From a virus (lineage: Duplodnaviria > Caudoviricetes): a stretch of DNA of 35,459 nucleotides. The stretch lies in the IMG/VR virus record IMGVR_UViG_3300024255_000080, positions 1 to 35,459 of that record. One strand, written 5' to 3'. Below the pieces are notes generated by a model. The model was not told where the DNA came from, searched no databases, and was given only the letters and a program-made list of their open reading frames with translations. Of the stretch, positions 1-10,699 are shown piece by piece. The stretch's first letter is position 1. Each line of letters starts with the position of its first letter. The translations under genes were made by a program, and so were the position numbers.

Positions 1-3000
1 AATCCTAATTGTTGTTTAGCTTTAACATTATTAATATTAATAAAGTTTGCACCAAATGCACCAACTGATCTAAATGATTTACCAGATACAAACGTAGATG
101 TAATTGGCATTGTGTGGGTTGCACCGTTTACAAGTGCTTGTAATGAAGCCTTTTGTGTTGCTTCTGAATAAGGAAGCATAACTTGATTAACCTCATCAGT
201 TAACCAACCTGCGTATAGATTTTCTAAATCTGGATGATCCTTATGCATATAAAGACCCGTGTTGTATGCTGCTGCACCTATTGTTCCAACAGAACATACA
301 TCTACCATATTTGCACCAAAGTCCATATTTAGGTTTGACACTCCTTGTGCTACGCCGAATGTACCGGTCCAAATAAAGTCGTTTGATGTACCGTCACCTG
401 TTGGGTTTTCTAGAATTATATTACTAGAGCCACTTTCAAATGTAGCATAACTTAATGTATATTCGTAATTAGTTAAACTTGCAGGAGCTCCATCTATTAA
501 TGATTCAGTCACATAAAGAGGATTATGATTTGCGACATCCATATATCTGTTGTATATGAATTGTCCTCTTCTTTGTGCAGATTGATACGGAGCAGACAAT
601 AATAAATCTTCTACATTAGCAATCGCAGATGGAGAAACATTTTGATATTGTATTGGAGCTAAATCATATTTACCTTGAGATGTATAATACGTATCAGATG
701 CAATTTTAGTATCAATGCTTGCTGTTTCTTGATCATTTAACTGAACACCAAATCCGTTACTGTGTTCTGTAGAACCTGAACCTGATGATTTGTAAACTGG
801 CTTACTTCTATCTCCAGTTAATCTTGCAACTAATTCTAATTGTGTTGCTTTAGTATTTTCTAATAATAATTTGAATGTCTTAGTAACAATGTGTCCTTTC
901 TTAACTGTAAGTTCTGCAACTTCGTCAACATAATAACCAGCAAATATTTGGTTAACCGTATTGTTTTGTATAACAGATACTGTACCGTCTTCTGATCTTA
1001 ATGTAACTACTAATTCACCAACTTCAGCCTCGATACCTTCTTTAAGTGCAGCTATTTGAGATTCTAAAGCAATTAGCTTGTCGAATACTGAGATAGGTTT
1101 TTGTTCTGCTGATAAGAAACCAGATGCTATTGATGCTGCGTTGTGAGCATAAAACTTTTCGTTAGCGACAAAGCTCTCATCAACGTGTGTAAATACACCT
1201 TTAGAAGTTAATTCTTCAGATATTTTAACTGCAGCTACTTCCGCTAAGTTTTTCTGGACTAGTCCATCTAAATCAGTTGTGTCAATCTCAGCCTCTGGAA
1301 AATCAATAGTAATTGGTGCTGACCACTCAGAATATATTGGGTTTGCAGGATAACCTGCTTCAGAAATAGATCTTACTCTAATTTCAACTAATTCGTTTTG
1401 ATTAATTGCAATATCTAATTGATTGAAATTAATTTCCTGTGCATCTTCTACTAAAGATTCTTTCCACTCAAACTTTCCTATTCTAGGTGTTGTTGAAAGA
1501 TTTCTGTTAGCTTGTGATAAGCTAAGGCTAGCAGGTGTGCTTGTAACTACTCTTCCTCTTGGCCTAACTTTAGTTTTAATTTCATTCCAGTTTGAGAATA
1601 CTGCAGTTTTCTCTCTAGTACCATCAGTGAATGGTAACTGAGAAACTTCTCCTGATTTACCATTTGTCGATAAGTATCTATATTGTACTGAGAATTGTAC
1701 CACGCTTTGCGGAACTGTATCTGCAACCTTTTTAGGTCTAGGCACAGCCCAAAAACCTCTAACTCTAAATTTAGGTGTGATGTTCGTAGCATTAGTACTA
1801 GAAGATAATGATTGAATTTGATTTACCAAACTATTATAAAGTTTAGTTTCACTTGCTCTTTCTTCTATTAATGCATTAAGCTCACTCTTGTCTTTGTCTC
1901 TTTGAACTTCAGATTCATATTTCTTAGTTGAAATCTCACTTCTTTTCTTAGAAATAGTATCGTCTAATTTCTTAATTGTTTCTTCAACTGAAGTTTTATC
2001 TGCCGAGAACTTTTTAATCTTATCAGATGCGTCATTCTTAGTCAGGTGTCTGTTAATTTGTACAACCTTAAAGTTACTGTTGTCCAAGACTGGAGCATCA
2101 GGAGTCACACCTATGGTTGCAGGTGGGATAGCATCGTCTTTAAGTGCTTTAATATATTGACCGAAATCTGCAACGTTTTCCTTGTAATAATCATCTAATC
2201 TAATAAATGTCCCATCTTCTTGAAGAAGAGTTAATTCATTAGTATATAGACCAATACCCGGTGACCATTTTTCTGCCAACATGTTTGAATCTGGATCAAT
2301 AGCTTTAATAAATACTAAAACTCTTTCATTGAATCCACAGTTAACCTGTACAGATAATCCACCTTTAACATATTTGTAAATAGATAGTGCATCAACACCT
2401 ATTCTAAGTGCTCCGTAACCTTCTATTATTTCTAATTCTAATTGTCTTTCAGATCCATCTATTTTTGAAATCTTATATCTAGTGTTCTTCCCACTATTGT
2501 TAAGCATTAGCTCATCGCCCACTTTAAGTATTTCAGTATCATCTGCATCTTTAGCATTGTCAGAGTATGTTAATTTATCAACAGTTACTAACCTAACCGA
2601 TTTCTTTTTAGTAACACCATCGACAATAACATCCTTTTTCAACGTAACTATATCAGTAATTTCAAACTTACCACCGTATTGACTATTTCTAAAAGGTAAA
2701 TCTCTAACCTCTTCGTCAACAACATATGTTAAATTATTATTTACAACGTCTTTGATGACAGTATAATAATCAAGCTCTTCTTTGTTTTTAAAGTTTTCTT
2801 TAAAAAATTCTACAGTAGTGTCGTTAGTAGAATCAAAAATAATTCTTTTAATTAACACACGTTCAGTATCATCTGCAACTTGTCCAGAAACATCTAAAGA
2901 CGTTGTCAATAGTGGATTTAAGAAATCTTCAAAGAAATAATTACTTTTAGTAGCAAAACGTTCAGGTCTAATTACATTTGTAATGTCGTTAGCTGGTGTT

Positions 3001-3302
3001 TTTAATGCTGAGGTAATAATTTTTTGATAACTTCCATCAGCTAACTTAATTTTAGTATTGCCGTTTCCTAAACCTGTAAGCGCCTTTAAGTTTGTGTCTA
3101 GTCTATCTAGCTCACGTTTCATATAACCGAACGCAGGTACATAAACTGTAGTAGTTGTACCATCTGGTGCCAAGATTTCCAAAGGAATATCTTTCTTTTC
3201 AGTGGTTACAGCTTCGTTAACTCTTTCGTATACCTTTAAAGAGTTAGCATTGATTTCAAGAAGCTTCTTGAGCGTGTTAGAAAGTGAGTTGTTAGTATTC
3301 AT
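1..3302 (-). CDS. Large putative virion structural protein (>1100 aa, runs off the left edge), with a coiled coil and an FN3-like module
   Basis: Not in the ORF track. ATG at 3302, 1 nt after the upstream gene's TAA. Manual translation is open to position 1: MNTNNSLSNTLKKLLEINANSLKVYERV..., coiled coil KTSVEETIKKLDDTISKKRSE..., FN3-like strand VEIRVRSISEAGYPANPIYSEWS, ending ...NNVKAKQQLG. Lies at the distal end of the baseplate operon. Confidence 0.8.
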   Translation of the reverse strand, partial: MNTNNSLSNTLKKLLEINANSLKVYERVNEAVTTEKKDIPLEILAPDGTTTTVYVPAFGYMKRELDRLDTNLKALTGLGNGNTKIKLADGSYQKIITSALKTPANDITNVIRPERFATKSNYFFEDFLNPLLTTSLDVSGQVADDTERVLIKRIIFDSTNDTTVEFFKENFKNKEELDYYTVIKDVVNNNLTYVVDEEVRDLPFRNSQYGGKFEITDIVTLKKDVIVDGVTKKKSVRLVTVDKLTYSDNAKDADDTEILKVGDELMLNNSGKNTRYKISKIDGSERQLELEIIEGYGALRIGVDALSIYKYVKGGLSVQVNCGFNERVLVFIKAIDPDSNMLAEKWSPGIGLYTNELTLLQEDGTFIRLDDYYKENVADFGQYIKALKDDAIPPATIGVTPDAPVLDNSNFKVVQINRHLTKNDASDKIKKFSADKTSVEETIKKLDDTISKKRSEISTKKYESEVQRDKDKSELNALIEERASETKLYNSLVNQIQSLSSSTNATNITPKFRVRGFWAVPRPKKVADTVPQSVVQFSVQYRYLSTNGKSGEVSQLPFTDGTREKTAVFSNWNEIKTKVRPRGRVVTSTPASLSLSQANRNLSTTPRIGKFEWKESLVEDAQEINFNQLDIAINQNELVEIRVRSISEAGYPANPIYSEWSAPITIDFPEAEIDTTDLDGLVQKNLAEVAAVKISEELTSKGVFTHVDESFVANEKFYAHNAASIASGFLSAEQKPISVFDKLIALESQIAALKEGIEAEVGELVVTLRSEDGTVSVIQNNTVNQIFAGYYVDEVAELTVKKGHIVTKTFKLLLENTKATQLELVARLTGDRSKPVYKSSGSGSTEHSNGFGVQLNDQETASIDTKIASDTYYTSQGKYDLAPIQYQNVSPSAIANVEDLLLSAPYQSAQRRGQFIYNRYMDVANHNPLYVTESLIDGAPASLTNYEYTLSYATFESGSSNIILENPTGDGTSNDFIWTGTFGVAQGVSNLNMDFGANMVDVCSVGTIGAAAYNTGLYMHKDHPDLENLYAGWLTDEVNQVMLPYSEATQKASLQALVNGATHTMPITSTFVSGKSFRSVGAFGANFININNVKAKQQLG

Positions 3303-3303
3303 A

Positions 3304-5241
3304 TTATCTTAAAATATCTGCTTCAAAGAGATAGGCGGTAGGATCTACACATACTATCTCAATATATGGTTTATTTGTTAAAAGTTGACTAACATCTATT
3401 TCAGCAACTAATTTATCAAATCTATTAACTTTATCAGAATAGATTTTAATACTGTTACCTTGCATGTCTATTGTATCAAATACTATCTTAAGCGTTTGAC
3501 CAGCTTTCCATGAAATAGAACTGTCGTCAATGTATATATTCAGATCATTATTTGGATCCGATGATAACAAGCCGTTTAAGCTTAGTCTATTAGTATATTC
3601 TTGTAATTTTGTCCAGATCGCAAATTTATCAGCACCTTGGCCATTGACGTTTGCATCGAACTGTTCAGTGGTGGACAATTTAGCAGCTAAAGCTTCTGCA
3701 GACATGTTGTATATCCAAGCTTCACCTAAAGAGTAACCGTATACTGTGTTATTGATTTTTATTTTGTTCTCAATTGTTTTATCAACGGCAGTACCTTTAC
3801 CATTAAATATAACATCAGTATTATATTGTAATTCTACTGGGACTGTACCGTCGATTAATCTATTGATTTTATCGTGTGCCTTAGTTATTAATTGTAATAA
3901 AGATTTTGAATCTTGCAGCTGAATAGACGCATTTTCAAAGTCAGTCTCTACAGCAGCTATTCTATTAATAATATCTTCACTATCATTAGACATTAAAACT
4001 AATGATTCTAAATCGTATAATCTAGTGTTAATACCTAAGTATCTTGTATTTGCTTCTAAAAGTAATTGTGTTGCGTTTTCAAGCGCAGTTGTTGTGTCCA
4101 TGAATAAATCCATAGAGAATGTTGTAAAATCATTTATAGAAGTTTCAACACCTACGTTGTCAAGAGAAGAATTAAATTTTAAGTTTAGCTTTAATGAATA
4201 TGCGTTACCGTTAAGTCCAGTAACTTCATTTGGTTTATACTTAATTTGTTCATGTATTTTTGAACCAGGTCCTGGAGAATCTGTAATATCATCTAGTATT
4301 AAGATGCCGTATAAATTAGTTGCTCTATTTGCAGGCACTGATTCACTGTAAAGATCATAATAAACTAATATAGCGTTAAATCTAAATTCTTGACCTTTTT
4401 TAGAAAATTCTAAAATAGAAGTAGTGTCTGGGTCTTGTTCTATTGCAGCATAGCTTCCGGCAGCAAATTCAATTTGTACTGAATTAGTTGCATTGGTTTG
4501 AATGTCATAATACGGTCCGCTTTCTGCATTGTATTCATCGACAATTGAATCTATATTAATATTAGGATCTGGGTGTACTTGACCTGCTCTTCCTTTAATG
4601 TAATCATCTGCATATAATTTAGTAGCAGTTGTATTATAATTAGTTGGTCTAAATAAAACAGTCGGTGTGTAACCTACTGATGTCGGAACATTAACGTAAA
4701 CTTCATGATAAGTATTATCAGAATAAGTCACATCGTTCTCTGCGTCAATAGTTCCTAGATATTTCACTAGTCTTTCGTAATTTGCACCACCTAAAATAGC
4801 GTTATCGTTTTCTGCATATAAACCATTAATACTCTCATTAGAGTCTGTTGGTCTAAAATCTACAGCACCTAATTTTGACATCCATTTAAAGAATACCTTT
4901 TCAGCATCTGATTGCAAAATGATTGGATCATAGTCATCATCTCTTAATAGAATTTCTTCTAGGTTAAGAGCGTAATTCTGAAAAGTTTGCGCGAAATCTA
5001 CATTTGGCATCCCTGCAACATAAGATTGACCTGAGGCTTGTTTTAAACCAAGTTCAAAATCAATCGTGTTAGAGCCTGTAACAGATTGCGTAAAATCTGG
5101 TAGATCAAGTAATGCATACTTGCTAAATTCAAATTTTAGATCAGGATTGTTAAAGGCCCTAGTTATGTCTCTTGCAGCCGATGCGAATGCATACATTGTG
5201 CCGCCTTGCGGCTGTGGTATTCTAACTAAAGGAGTCGCCAT
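3304..5241 (-). CDS. Putative virion structural protein (645 aa, acidic, central coiled coil; baseplate/tail-associated)
   Basis: Long ORF in the structural operon; heptad segment TTTALENATQLLLEANTRYLGINTRLYDLESL...IINRIAAVETDFENA; beta-rich C-terminus. Function inferred from context only. Confidence 0.6.
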   Translation of the reverse strand: MATPLVRIPQPQGGTMYAFASAARDITRAFNNPDLKFEFSKYALLDLPDFTQSVTGSNTIDFELGLKQASGQSYVAGMPNVDFAQTFQNYALNLEEILLRDDDYDPIILQSDAEKVFFKWMSKLGAVDFRPTDSNESINGLYAENDNAILGGANYERLVKYLGTIDAENDVTYSDNTYHEVYVNVPTSVGYTPTVLFRPTNYNTTATKLYADDYIKGRAGQVHPDPNINIDSIVDEYNAESGPYYDIQTNATNSVQIEFAAGSYAAIEQDPDTTSILEFSKKGQEFRFNAILVYYDLYSESVPANRATNLYGILILDDITDSPGPGSKIHEQIKYKPNEVTGLNGNAYSLKLNLKFNSSLDNVGVETSINDFTTFSMDLFMDTTTALENATQLLLEANTRYLGINTRLYDLESLVLMSNDSEDIINRIAAVETDFENASIQLQDSKSLLQLITKAHDKINRLIDGTVPVELQYNTDVIFNGKGTAVDKTIENKIKINNTVYGYSLGEAWIYNMSAEALAAKLSTTEQFDANVNGQGADKFAIWTKLQEYTNRLSLNGLLSSDPNNDLNIYIDDSSISWKAGQTLKIVFDTIDMQGNSIKIYSDKVNRFDKLVAEIDVSQLLTNKPYIEIVCVDPTAYLFEADILR

Positions 5242-5262
5242 TTATTTTATTAATTTTGTTTA

Positions 5263-5823
5263 TTAAGCAATAGTTGCTTTATGTGAGCTAACTACGTACC
5301 AGATATTTCCAAAACATCTTAATGTAATTGTTGAGTTAAGTCCGTCGAGTGCGATTGAAGTTGCAGCTATATCAACACCTGCAGCTACTAAAAGAGTAGA
5401 TGCCGCTGTAGCTATAATCATAACTTCGTGACCGTCTACTGCAGCTGGCAATGTAAAATCAGCATCCACGAAGTATGTTGATTTTTCAAGCGTTGTTGGT
5501 GCAGCGATTGTCGTAGCAGTTGCAGCTGAACCTACAACACCGCTAAATATCACCTTGCCTGCGGCTGTGATAGCATTGTTGAATGTAAAGTCTGTTCCTA
5601 CTGTTCCGCCATTTTGGTTAACTTGTAATAACGTTAAGTTGTTTTGCAAAACTGTAATAGCTGAAGTAGTAATGTTAGTTACTCCACTTAAAACCGATGT
5701 TGTCGGATTTAATAGAGCAGTTACACTAGCTAACTCATCGTTTAATAACTCAAAGTTATTATTAATAGTTGGTCTCGATGATGATACCGAGTCAGTTCCT
5801 AAGATTTCTGTAATGTTTGCCAT
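5263..5823 (-). CDS. Small baseplate/tail-fibre connector-like protein (gp9/gp10-type N-terminal coil, short beta domain)
   Basis: N-terminal GTDSVSSSRPTINNNFELL resembles the D-x-L-R...IN-x-NF trimeric coil of T4 gp9/gp10; T/A/V-rich body; C-terminal FTLPAAVDG...ITLRCFGNIWYVV typical of fibre/connector beta domains. Confidence 0.5.
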   Translation of the reverse strand: MANITEILGTDSVSSSRPTINNNFELLNDELASVTALLNPTTSVLSGVTNITTSAITVLQNNLTLLQVNQNGGTVGTDFTFNNAITAAGKVIFSGVVGSAATATTIAAPTTLEKSTYFVDADFTLPAAVDGHEVMIIATAASTLLVAAGVDIAATSIALDGLNSTITLRCFGNIWYVVSSHKATIA

Positions 5824-5832
5824 TTTATTTGT

Positions 5833-8583
5833 TTATTTTACTTTTAGCATGTTTCGTTTTACAACGTTTTTGTTTCCATGTGTGTCTTCCGCTTCGAGCG
5901 ATATGGAGTAATATCCAGGTTGCTTGAATATGTAAGTCAGCCACATATTATTATAGTATATATCAGTGATTTCTGGATTACTTATATTCTGAATAGTCCA
6001 TTTTGCATTCTTTGCTCCAGGGAACTTAGAAATATCAGTAGAAATAGTTACGTGCGTAGATCTTTCAACCTCAGCATAATCCTTAAATACTCTAGTGTCG
6101 TCCCATGTTGGATTATAGTGTACTACGTGATTTTCACCACTAACACTAGATGTGCTTGATAAATTATTAGTTTTTACTTGCACATCTTCAAAATCATAAG
6201 TATATGAATACTCTTCGCCTGTTGCTAAAATAAATCTAAATATATCGTTTGCCAATGGATCAACTCCATCAACGTCTTCAAATACTGGATTGTAATTAAA
6301 TTTACTTATAACAAAATCAGTACTATTATTTAGTTCTTCAGCTATTGCATTCCATGCGAATAAATCAGAAGTACTAGAGGGTGTTGGAGATAATATTTCA
6401 TGTGCTCCTTCAAATAATTGACCGTTTCTATCAACATGTGAAACCTTTAATATTTCACCTTGAGATATGTCGTTTATTTTAAAGCTTGCAGATAAATCTG
6501 TTCCAACTCTCATTGCTTCCCACCATAAATGCTCAGTATCTCTCCACCTAAATGTAGATTCGTCATATGTGTATGGTCCAGTATTTTCACTAAAACCTAT
6601 TTCTGAATAAACATCTACAAATCTTTGCACTGTTGAGAATCTAATACCTTGATCATCTTCTCTGTGTACATAGTTTGCTCTATCTAGTGTTAAGTATAGC
6701 GTGGCTATATCATCTTCAACTTTTGTTAAGTTGTCTTGAGGGAAATCCCAATAACCACCTGACTTAGACCAATCTAATTTCTTAGAATCCCAATCTGTTT
6801 GTTCTTTCCACTTGTATATGCCATATAATTCTAACTCTTTCAACCTAATATTAATCAAATCGTCCATTCTAAAATGTGATCTATGTCCAAAAAGATCATA
6901 TGTTCTCATTTCAACAGAATATTGTCCAACAAATGGTAATGTTATTGGAAATACTAAGAAGTTGTCTATTGGACCTCTAAATGTCTGATCATATCCTTGA
7001 TCTTTATTAGTTATAATCCATTCTATTTCATAAACCCATCTTTTCCACCAATTGTCCCAAGTAACTTTAAGATTTTCGTTAGCATCGACTGCATCATCCC
7101 ATGTAAACTTAGCTTCAGACCAAATATCATCGAATGTTAATGTGCCATCTAAAGTAATAGGAGCACCGATAGGAATATTTTGATTATATGAATCTAACTG
7201 TGTATCATAGTAATTATGATAAAACTTAGAATGTGCTTCTATTAAATCTTCTCTTTCATTTTGTTGAAGAGTATCTTCTTTTCCGTATTCTAAATTTAAT
7301 AATGTATTATAGTTAGAAGTATCATCGTTTTGATCTAAGTGACTCTTAAGAACCATTGATGTATCTTCTATAAATATTGGCCTTCCTTTTGGATGAGCTT
7401 CAAATTTTATATCATGTCCTTCTGAAAAGAAACTAACTCCGTTTTGAATATTCCAAACGTTTAAGTTTTTTTGAGCAAAGTAATCAGCCTCACCTGTAAT
7501 GTCAATAATCTTAGCATTTAACGGTAAGAAATCTTTTTGTAATCTGTTTTTAAGTCCGTATAATTTTATTAAAACTTCTTCGGGTGTAAAATCAAATACT
7601 TCTTGTACATTAGGAATATCCCATTGATCAAATGTGCCTGTAGGTTCGTTAATTCTATAAACTAAACTAAATCTGCTAGTTTTCTTAATTGTACTACTAG
7701 GAACATTAAACTTTAATCTTTTACGAATCATTTCACCACGCTTAGATGCGTTAGGCACTGGAACTGCATACATTTTACCGAAGCTTTCTGCTGATTTATC
7801 AACATTAAGCCAGTATTCCTTTAGAGTGATTCTGTCATAGCCAAAGAAATCTATAGCATTCAATATAGCTTTGTAAGTTCCTACGAATGGCTTGATGTTA
7901 TGTAACTCTAGGAGTAGTTCTTTACGCTTCTTATTAAGTAGTTTAAAATCTGGAGACATTTCACTAATGTCATGTGTTTTAAACAACATAAAATCACCAA
8001 TATCTAATGTTGCACCAAGGTTAGAAAGTAAAGTACTAAGCCTTTCGTCTTCTTCAATAACCTCACCATATATTTTTATCTCTGCAATTTTTGTTTCTAC
8101 ACCTGCAACAGATTGATACATGTGTAATATTCTACTGTGTGGCCCTGCTATTTTAGAACTTAAAGCTAAGTTCACTTGTAGTGCAACTTGATTTGCAACA
8201 GATAATTCTTTTATACCACTTACATCGGTTGAGTCTATTATTGAGTTATCCTCTGCTTCAAATTCAACAAACTCTTTATTATCTACTAGAATTTTACCTT
8301 CAGATAATTTAGTACTGTACATTATAATGTCATCAGACATTCCTAAAGTGTCTTTCTGCCATTTAAAAATAAACTTGGTAGCGGCTGCATTTTCTGCAAC
8401 TGGTGTATTAGCTACTAGATCACCTAAGTGTTTACATTCTTCTAATACAAAAAGGTTGACAGTTTCATATAACTGCACAGAAACTTCATCTAAGTAGAGA
8501 GTACCCTTCCAGATACCTTCTGCATTTTGAAGTAAATTTAGATCATTGTCTAAGCCGTTAAAAAATCTTAAATTATTATACAT
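5833..8583 (-). CDS. Baseplate wedge protein, gp7-like, with PKD/Ig-like modules (916 aa)
   Basis: Follows the gp6-like gene; KELLLELHNIKPFVGTYKAILNAIDFFGY resembles the gp7/gpI 'KGT..I...F' motif; PKD-like strands LPFVGQYSVEMRTYDLFG and YIFKQPGYYSISLEAEDTHGN; Trp-rich repeats (FTWDD, VTWDNWW, TDWDS, FRWRD). Confidence 0.55.
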   Translation of the reverse strand: MYNNLRFFNGLDNDLNLLQNAEGIWKGTLYLDEVSVQLYETVNLFVLEECKHLGDLVANTPVAENAAATKFIFKWQKDTLGMSDDIIMYSTKLSEGKILVDNKEFVEFEAEDNSIIDSTDVSGIKELSVANQVALQVNLALSSKIAGPHSRILHMYQSVAGVETKIAEIKIYGEVIEEDERLSTLLSNLGATLDIGDFMLFKTHDISEMSPDFKLLNKKRKELLLELHNIKPFVGTYKAILNAIDFFGYDRITLKEYWLNVDKSAESFGKMYAVPVPNASKRGEMIRKRLKFNVPSSTIKKTSRFSLVYRINEPTGTFDQWDIPNVQEVFDFTPEEVLIKLYGLKNRLQKDFLPLNAKIIDITGEADYFAQKNLNVWNIQNGVSFFSEGHDIKFEAHPKGRPIFIEDTSMVLKSHLDQNDDTSNYNTLLNLEYGKEDTLQQNEREDLIEAHSKFYHNYYDTQLDSYNQNIPIGAPITLDGTLTFDDIWSEAKFTWDDAVDANENLKVTWDNWWKRWVYEIEWIITNKDQGYDQTFRGPIDNFLVFPITLPFVGQYSVEMRTYDLFGHRSHFRMDDLINIRLKELELYGIYKWKEQTDWDSKKLDWSKSGGYWDFPQDNLTKVEDDIATLYLTLDRANYVHREDDQGIRFSTVQRFVDVYSEIGFSENTGPYTYDESTFRWRDTEHLWWEAMRVGTDLSASFKINDISQGEILKVSHVDRNGQLFEGAHEILSPTPSSTSDLFAWNAIAEELNNSTDFVISKFNYNPVFEDVDGVDPLANDIFRFILATGEEYSYTYDFEDVQVKTNNLSSTSSVSGENHVVHYNPTWDDTRVFKDYAEVERSTHVTISTDISKFPGAKNAKWTIQNISNPEITDIYYNNMWLTYIFKQPGYYSISLEAEDTHGNKNVVKRNMLKVK

Positions 8584-8855
8584 TATCTAATATGTTTGTC
8601 TCCTTTTTTAACTGTGTAGTTTTTATATCCCTTGAGCGTTCTAACACCCTTGATCATTACAAAAAAACCATCATCTAAGAATATTAAAAAATCACGTAGT
8701 ATTCTATTTCTAATAATATGCTTAGATAACATTTTATTTAAGAAACTTTCACTCATATATTGGTTACCAACATTTAGTCTACTATCATGTCTTTCCTTGG
8801 AAACATCATAGATCTTTGAAGGATCATATTTTAGTAAGTCTTTAAATAAATTCAT
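8583..8855 (-). CDS. Hypothetical basic protein (90 aa), probably baseplate-associated
   Basis: Between gp6-like and gp7-like genes; its stop overlaps the next start (TAATG); A-rich leader. Confidence 0.6.
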   Translation of the reverse strand: MNLFKDLLKYDPSKIYDVSKERHDSRLNVGNQYMSESFLNKMLSKHIIRNRILRDFLIFLDDGFFVMIKGVRTLKGYKNYTVKKGDKHIR

Positions 8856-8865
8856 GTTATTTTAT

Positions 8866-10698
8866 TTATTTCTTTAGTGCTTTTCTATCACCTGCTTGTA
8901 GTCTAGTATATATTGTCCTAGGAACCGGGTCTCCATCAAAGTTTATACTTAATGCAGCTTCTGCATTGATTAAAACATCATCAACAATCTCGTCGCCGTC
9001 TCTGTCTTGCCATCCGCCTCTAAATACTGCAACTTCTTCTTTCTCCATAATAATATCACCCCATCTGTCTAATCCGACTACAGTTTCAGGTATAATGGTA
9101 TTTTCATCAACTGTTACTGTGCTAACTTCTTCTATTCTTTTAAAGAACACATATTTTTGTTTTCCGTTTCCAACGTTTTCTAAAGTTACTGGATCTTGTG
9201 GTACAACTGATACTGTTTTAGATTCAAAATAACCCAATCTTCTAGCTGTCTCTTCAGTTTCAGATATGAATTTAACGTTAACTGCGTCAATACCTTCTAT
9301 TTCTTCTAAGATATAAATAATATCAGATTTAGGCAACTTATCTCTTCTTGTTACATTTAATAAGTACTCATCTATTTTAGATCTAATATCAATAGATAAT
9401 TCATCTTTTGTAAATCCTTCGAAATACCTAATGTTTACATCCATGCTATATTTTCTAATCTTAGGCTTAACAAAAACTACTTCGGTCGTTACCATTTGTT
9501 GACCACTGTCTTGTAATACTTTACGCATTTTTTCATACTCTTGATCATCGAAAAACATTTCTTCTTGAGGTATAGAAAAATAATCTTGGTTTTTGGCTAG
9601 TTTCTTTCTAACATCTGGAACTGCAAAAATATAAATTACATTATCGTCATCTAAATATTGATCATCAGTAGTGTTATATGCATCTAAATAAGAGAATATA
9701 CCATATCTAGATAAGAAGTATTCATAATTGTCAGGTGTTGCTAAAACAAATGACTTACTAGCAAGTGGAGTCATGATCTTAGTAAACTGAGTAGATTCTC
9801 TATCTGTTCCCATTTTTGGAGATGATGTAACTGTAATATCTAAGAAATTATTTAGGTCATGTTGAGTGCCTAAAGAATCTACGCCTTGTGCTTGCCACTT
9901 TAATGTTAAATCATTAGAATCATCTAAGTTTCCTTTTTTACCATCATGAGTAACGTACTCTAGTTCAATTTTAGAACCTTGTTGAGGTGCCATACCAAAC
10001 GCTGTGTTTCCAAAATAAATATCTAATCCACCTGAAATACCAGTTTTAATGAGGTACCCTTTTTCATCTCTTTGTAAATCATAAAGAGATTCTTGCTTTG
10101 TCCATAATTCACCGTTAACACTAACGCTTATTTTACTATGATCAGTTAATCCTTTTGTCTGTGCGTTGAACGATTGTAATGGTTGACCGTCACCTGTGAA
10201 CGTTTGTGTTTCAAATTTACCCTGTATAATTGCAGTGTTAATTATTTTATTGTTACTTTTTTCTAATCTAAATCTATCCTTACTTGTTAATAAAGTGTAA
10301 GTTAATCCATTAAGATCAAACTTTAATTCAGCTCTATTCTCTATTGTAATTCCACCACCTGATATTTTATCAAAATCTACACCTGGTTTCCATCTAAATT
10401 CTATTTCACCAGTTGCTGCGAATCCTCTAGTGGCATCGTGACCAGTAAGTCTACTCATACCGTATATTGATTCAGGGTGTTGGGCAGTATATATGTTCTG
10501 TTCAACCAATGCATCTTCAAGATAAAATAATATTAATTCTTGAATCTCTGTTATTACACCAATAATTTGAGCAAATGGCGATGCTTCAGTAAATAATGTA
10601 CCTGCTCTTCCATAAACCCTAGAAATATAAACCCTAGCATCATCACTGACCTGCTTTGCGGTTGCTCTTAGTGTACTTATAAATTTTAATTCTGCCAT
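8866..10698 (-). CDS. Baseplate wedge subunit, T4 gp6-like / baseplate J family
   Basis: 610 aa directly after the gp25-like gene; motifs EQNIYTAQ...SIYG, AIIQG, DIYFGNTAFGMAP, and GTDRES...LATPDNYE matching the gp6 GxDxES...AVTxxDYE signature. Confidence 0.8.
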   Translation of the reverse strand: MAELKFISTLRATAKQVSDDARVYISRVYGRAGTLFTEASPFAQIIGVITEIQELILFYLEDALVEQNIYTAQHPESIYGMSRLTGHDATRGFAATGEIEFRWKPGVDFDKISGGGITIENRAELKFDLNGLTYTLLTSKDRFRLEKSNNKIINTAIIQGKFETQTFTGDGQPLQSFNAQTKGLTDHSKISVSVNGELWTKQESLYDLQRDEKGYLIKTGISGGLDIYFGNTAFGMAPQQGSKIELEYVTHDGKKGNLDDSNDLTLKWQAQGVDSLGTQHDLNNFLDITVTSSPKMGTDRESTQFTKIMTPLASKSFVLATPDNYEYFLSRYGIFSYLDAYNTTDDQYLDDDNVIYIFAVPDVRKKLAKNQDYFSIPQEEMFFDDQEYEKMRKVLQDSGQQMVTTEVVFVKPKIRKYSMDVNIRYFEGFTKDELSIDIRSKIDEYLLNVTRRDKLPKSDIIYILEEIEGIDAVNVKFISETEETARRLGYFESKTVSVVPQDPVTLENVGNGKQKYVFFKRIEEVSTVTVDENTIIPETVVGLDRWGDIIMEKEEVAVFRGGWQDRDGDEIVDDVLINAEAALSINFDGDPVPRTIYTRLQAGDRKALKK

Positions 10699-10699
10699 T

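Noticed and set aside
1547-1792. Small minus-strand ORFs nested in other frames (1547..1792; also 21002..21184 and 32068..32253)
   Set aside because: They lie within or almost wholly overlap longer genuine genes and have no supporting motifs.
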